A stretch of DNA of 61,158 nucleotides, taken from positions 1 to 61,158 of the forward strand of contig DATMLS010000045.1 in NCBI GenBank assembly GCA_035569995.1, in the 5' to 3' direction. Below the pieces are notes generated by a model that did no database searches, was not told the origin of the DNA, and worked only from the letters and a program-made list of their open reading frames with translations. The stretch comes from Opitutaceae bacterium (GTDB lineage: Bacteria; Verrucomicrobiota; Verrucomicrobiia; Opitutales; Opitutaceae). Positions 58,180-61,158 of the stretch are shown piece by piece (within the stretch, counting starts at the first letter, position 1; each line of letters starts with the position of its first letter). Both the position numbers and the translations under genes were made by a program.

Positions 58180-58629
58180 TTAATGGCCGGTCTGATAAGT
58201 TTTCGAGGTATCGATGGATACCTGATCTATATTAAGGAGGCGGACTTGATCGAGTACGGCGACGGCCTGGCCGAAGAGGGCTTTGTCGTCGGTGGTGATG
58301 AGGACGCGCACATCCTTGGGATGCGCCTGCTGGTAGCTGGTGAGCCGGTAGCGAAGTTCTTTTATCGAGATGGGCTCCAAGTTAGTCCCTACTTCGCCAA
58401 AGAAGACTGTGTCACCGTCGGAAATTTGCAGCTTGAGAATTTTGGGAGGAATCGCCCCAGGAATGGGAGGCTGTGAAAAAGGCAGTGTGACAGGCACGGA
58501 CGAGAGCCGGTTCAGCGAGAGCGTAAACAGGACGAAGGTGGCGAGCAGGAAGAAGATAACGTCAATGAGAGGGATGATCTCAATGCGCGCTTTTTTCTTG
58601 CTGATGGTTTTAAAGACTGCGCCTTCCAT
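58180..58629 (-). CDS. exbD: biopolymer transporter ExbD/TolR
   Basis: ARIEIIPLIDVIFFLLATFVLFT signature TM segment. Confidence 0.8.
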   Translation of the reverse strand: MEGAVFKTISKKKARIEIIPLIDVIFFLLATFVLFTLSLNRLSSVPVTLPFSQPPIPGAIPPKILKLQISDGDTVFFGEVGTNLEPISIKELRYRLTSYQQAHPKDVRVLITTDDKALFGQAVAVLDQVRLLNIDQVSIDTSKTYQTGH

Positions 58630-58698
58630 GATTTTTGAAAAAGATTGGTCGTTAACTTAAACGTGGAGAACCGGGAAAACTTAGGGGAAAACGTCTGC

Positions 58699-59133
58699 TT
58701 ATTCTTCTACGCGGGCCTTTTCCTTGGTCCGGGTCTCGATGAAAACTTTCCTGAAGCCGGCCTTGCGCGCCTCGTCCATCACGTAGATGACCCCGGCAAA
58801 ATGGGCCGACTCGTCACCATTGATCAGGATGCGACCATCGGGCTCCTGCAGGTGGTAGTCCTGGATTCGCTGCAGGAACTCGGCCGCGCTGACCGGATCC
58901 TTGTCCCACGCGAGATCGCCCGCCGGCAGGATCGTGACGGTGTGTGAACCGCTGGGATCGCGGGCTTCACCGGTCTCACTGTCAGGTTGGCGCACCGGCT
59001 GGCCGTTGGACTTGGTCAGCGAGAGCGTGAACAGGACGAAGGTGGCGAGCAGGAAGAAGATGACGTCGATCAGCGGGATGATCTCAATGCGGGCCCGCTT
59101 GCGTTTGCCGCCGGATGTAGCGCCTTCACTCAT
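58699..59133 (-). CDS. exbD: biopolymer transporter ExbD/TolR (second copy)
   Basis: Same signature as above (ARIEIIPLIDVIFFLLATFVLFT). Confidence 0.8.
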   Translation of the reverse strand: MSEGATSGGKRKRARIEIIPLIDVIFFLLATFVLFTLSLTKSNGQPVRQPDSETGEARDPSGSHTVTILPAGDLAWDKDPVSAAEFLQRIQDYHLQEPDGRILINGDESAHFAGVIYVMDEARKAGFRKVFIETRTKEKARVEE

Positions 59134-59188
59134 GGGTGATTATAATACTGACGAGAAAGGGAGAAATTTGCCGAACGCAGCCGGGACC

Positions 59189-59812
59189 TTATTGCGGGAA
59201 GGGCGGGGCGGTTTCGGATTTCTTGATGATCAGCTCAAGCGCATTGAAAGCGTCATCGACCTCGTGCCGTGCTTCCTCGACGCGGGCGTTCAGGTAATTG
59301 TAAGGGAAAAGGCAGGTGACGGCAATGAAGAGACCGCAGCAGGTCGCGATGAGCGCCTCGGCCACACCGCCGGTGATCTGGCCGGCCGCGGCACCGATGT
59401 CGCCTCCGCCCAATGCGCCGAAGGTGCGCATCATGCCCGTGACCGTGCCGAGCAAGCCGAGCAGCGGGGCGGCGGTGATGACGGTGTCGAGCGTGGCGAG
59501 GCCCTGGTTGAAGCGCGTCATTTCCTGGTTGGCCGCGCGAATGAAGGCGTTGGAGAGCGAGAGATCCTTGTTGGACAGGGCGTAGGTCAGAATGCGGGCC
59601 ACGAAGTCCCGGCTTTGACGGCCGATCTCGACGCCGCCGTCGATGTCGCGGGCCTCGACCTTTTCGAGGATTTTTTCCACGACTTCGTGTTCGCGCGCGC
59701 TGTTCTCGCGGAAGATGAAGATCAGGCGCTCGATCACAACGGTGAAGCCGACGAGCGAGATGACAAGGATGGGCCACATAACGGGGCCGCCCTTTTTAAA
59801 CAATTCCATCGG
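59189..59812 (-). CDS. exbB: MotA/TolQ/ExbB proton-channel protein
   Basis: Three TM helices and the conserved ExbB C-terminal region. Start taken at the internal Met (MELFKKGG...). Confidence 0.85.
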   Translation of the reverse strand, partial: PMELFKKGGPVMWPILVISLVGFTVVIERLIFIFRENSAREHEVVEKILEKVEARDIDGGVEIGRQSRDFVARILTYALSNKDLSLSNAFIRAANQEMTRFNQGLATLDTVITAAPLLGLLGTVTGMMRTFGALGGGDIGAAAGQITGGVAEALIATCCGLFIAVTCLFPYNYLNARVEEARHEVDDAFNALELIIKKSETAPPFPQ

Positions 59813-60315
59813 CGTATCGTCGCCGAGCAGGAAGGCTAGATTGAGGCAGTGGGTGATCATATGCGTGGAGGAGTTGATTTAGAGGTTAAGTTTCGAAAAG
59901 CGGGGAAAGCGAAGGGGGAGATACTGCGGGGAACAGGGATTGAAGGGAAAGCTTACAATACCTTAAGGGTTTTTGGCGAGCTTGTTATAAGCAGCAAATG
60001 TTTTTGAAAAAGGAAGCTGATAATTATAATTTGGCTCAAGGTATTAGCCAAATTATGTTCAGCTATTCGTTGGGCGCAAGTTGCGGACACGCACCACAAC
60101 GGCCGCGACGCGAGGCTTTGAAGCAAGGGGTTGAAAGGTAAGGGGAGGACAAGCGAAGTAGAAAGGTAACCTTGGAAAATTTGCGCGAGCACTGTCAAAC
60201 ATCTTTGTCATATACTACAAAGTTTTTGTTCCAGCCAGCCTGATCAGAGGAGAATTTCCGCAAATGAAGTGCGACGTTCGAAGAGCGAAGGATGGCCATC
60301 CTTGCCTCACAGCGG

Positions 60316-60618
60316 TCAGCGTGGCTGGTTTTCGCGGGACTTACTCAGGCGATGGAGACGCACAAGGTTGCCAGCGACCAGCGCCTCCTTTTTTGCGCGG
60401 GACCAGCGTTTGAGCTGGGCTTCGCGTGCTATCCCTTCGTTAAGACTGAGCGGACCTTCTTTATGAGCAAGGTGCGCGGGTCGATGAAGGGCAGTATGGC
60501 GTGCGCCTCGGCCCTGATTATGAAGCTCAAGACGTGTCGAAATGTCATCAGTAACGCCGACATATAACGAGTTGTTCGCACAACGCAGGATATAAACGTA
60601 GATAGGGCCGGAATTCAT
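60316..60618 (-). CDS. GIY-YIG domain nuclease (small, UPF0213/YhbQ-like)
   Basis: IYVYILRCANNSLYVGVT GIY-YIG motif, with Arg and Glu downstream. Confidence 0.8.
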   Translation of the reverse strand: MNSGPIYVYILRCANNSLYVGVTDDISTRLELHNQGRGARHTALHRPAHLAHKEGPLSLNEGIAREAQLKRWSRAKKEALVAGNLVRLHRLSKSRENQPR

Positions 60619-60773
60619 GGTGCATGCACAAATCTAGAATAGCACCATTTATGGCGGTTAGACCGCCCGGCCTCATGAACGACTGCGTGCGTCGAAAGCC
60701 CCTCGACTTCGCTCAGGGCATTCGCCGCGCTAAATATCTGATGGCCTGCCATGAGCAAGCGAAGCGCGTCGAA

Positions 60774-60847
60774 TGGCTGCCCGACTAGGACTCGAACCTA
60801 GACAGAACGAGTCAGAGTCGTTCGTGCTACCATTACACCATCGGGCA
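60774..60847 (-). tRNA. tRNA-Gln (anticodon CTG)
   Basis: Reverse complement folds with acceptor TGCCCGA/TCGGGCA, anticodon loop CTCTGAC, T-arm CTAGG-TTCGAGT-CCTAG, then G-CCA. Confidence 0.8.
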
Positions 60848-60878
60848 GTGTGCAAAAAATTTTGCCAGCGTCGCAGAA

Positions 60879-60953
60879 TGGAGCCGGCGATGGGATTCGA
60901 ACCCGCAACCGCCTGTTTACAAAACAGGTGCTCTACCATTGAGCTACACCGGC
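60879..60953 (-). tRNA. tRNA-Thr (anticodon TGT)
   Basis: Reverse complement folds with acceptor GCCGGTG/CGCCGGC, D-arm GCTC/GAGC, anticodon loop TTTGTAA, T-loop TTCGAAT, then T-CCA. One mismatch in the T-stem. Confidence 0.75.
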
Positions 60954-61050
60954 GAAACTCGCTGAGCTTTTTTATCAGTCAGCATTTCAACTGATAAAAG
61001 AGTTTGGAAAAAATGAAAAGGGCTTTCAACCAGGCCCGCGCGGTGCGAGC

Positions 61051-61125
61051 TGGTGGCTCCCCGGGGACTCGAACCCCGAACCTACTGATTAAGAGTCAGC
61101 TGCTCTACCATTGAGCTAGGAAGCC
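61051..61125 (-). tRNA. tRNA-Lys (anticodon CTT)
   Basis: Reverse complement folds with acceptor GGCTTCC/GGGAGCC, anticodon loop CTCTTAA, T-arm CGGGG-TTCGAGT-CCCCG, then A-CCA. Confidence 0.8.
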
Positions 61126-61158
61126 AGAACAGAACTGTAAGGGACAAAAAGCTCAACA

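Noticed and set aside
60730-60994. Small ORFs 60730..60939 (-) and 60773..60994 (+) over the tRNA-Gln/tRNA-Thr genes
   Set aside because: They overlap two cloverleaf-validated tRNA genes. These are translation artefacts of structured RNA.

Overview
This window is a high-GC bacterial chromosome segment; the taxon cannot be determined from sequence alone, but bamA/skp/lpxD indicate a diderm. It falls into three parts.

(1) Positions ~705-21782 hold a ~21-kb integrative, mobilizable genomic island inserted at the 3' end of tRNA-Asn(GTT). The island is bounded by a 49-bp direct repeat (attL inside the intact tRNA, attR a truncated tRNA 3' half). It carries a tyrosine integrase, an AlpA-type excisionase and a MobC-oriT-MobA(MOBQ) mobilization module. 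Its cargo looks like a defense island: a complete type I R-M system (hsdR, hsdS, hsdM), with hsdR separated from hsdS by a first pair of uncharacterised, lower-GC genes (one HEPN/Abi_C-like), and hsdS separated from hsdM by a second such pair (one PD-(D/E)xK-like). Further cargo includes an Mrr-like nuclease, a RadC/JAB protein, a large lipoprotein, and a 947-aa P-loop NTPase fused to a mannitol-dehydrogenase-family Rossmann domain, sitting in an AT-rich patch next to the integrase.

(2) Positions ~21950-27100 are core genes: an NfeD-like/flotillin pair, rplY(L25/Ctc), pth, rpsF and ssb.

(3) Positions ~27100-44050 are an accessory block between ssb and rplI. It contains an orphan XRE antitoxin-like regulator, a nested-inverted-repeat MITE-like element, a 1139-aa unknown protein, a GNAT, an FMN reductase, a hybrid histidine kinase, a TonB-dependent receptor-DUF4154-histidine kinase-response regulator module and a cNMP-binding membrane protein. 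Core genes then resume: rplI, dnaB, bamA, skp, lpxD, prs, htrA, pyrE, an MBL-fold protein, tRNA-Pro, an exbB-exbD-exbD-tonB-TPR operon with two paralogous coiled-coil membrane proteins, a GIY-YIG nuclease and a tRNA-Gln/Thr/Lys cluster.

Two families of short palindromic (REP-like) repeats are dispersed through intergenic regions. No CRISPR array, rRNA or IS transposase was seen. Many long antisense ORFs in the six-frame track are high-GC artefacts.
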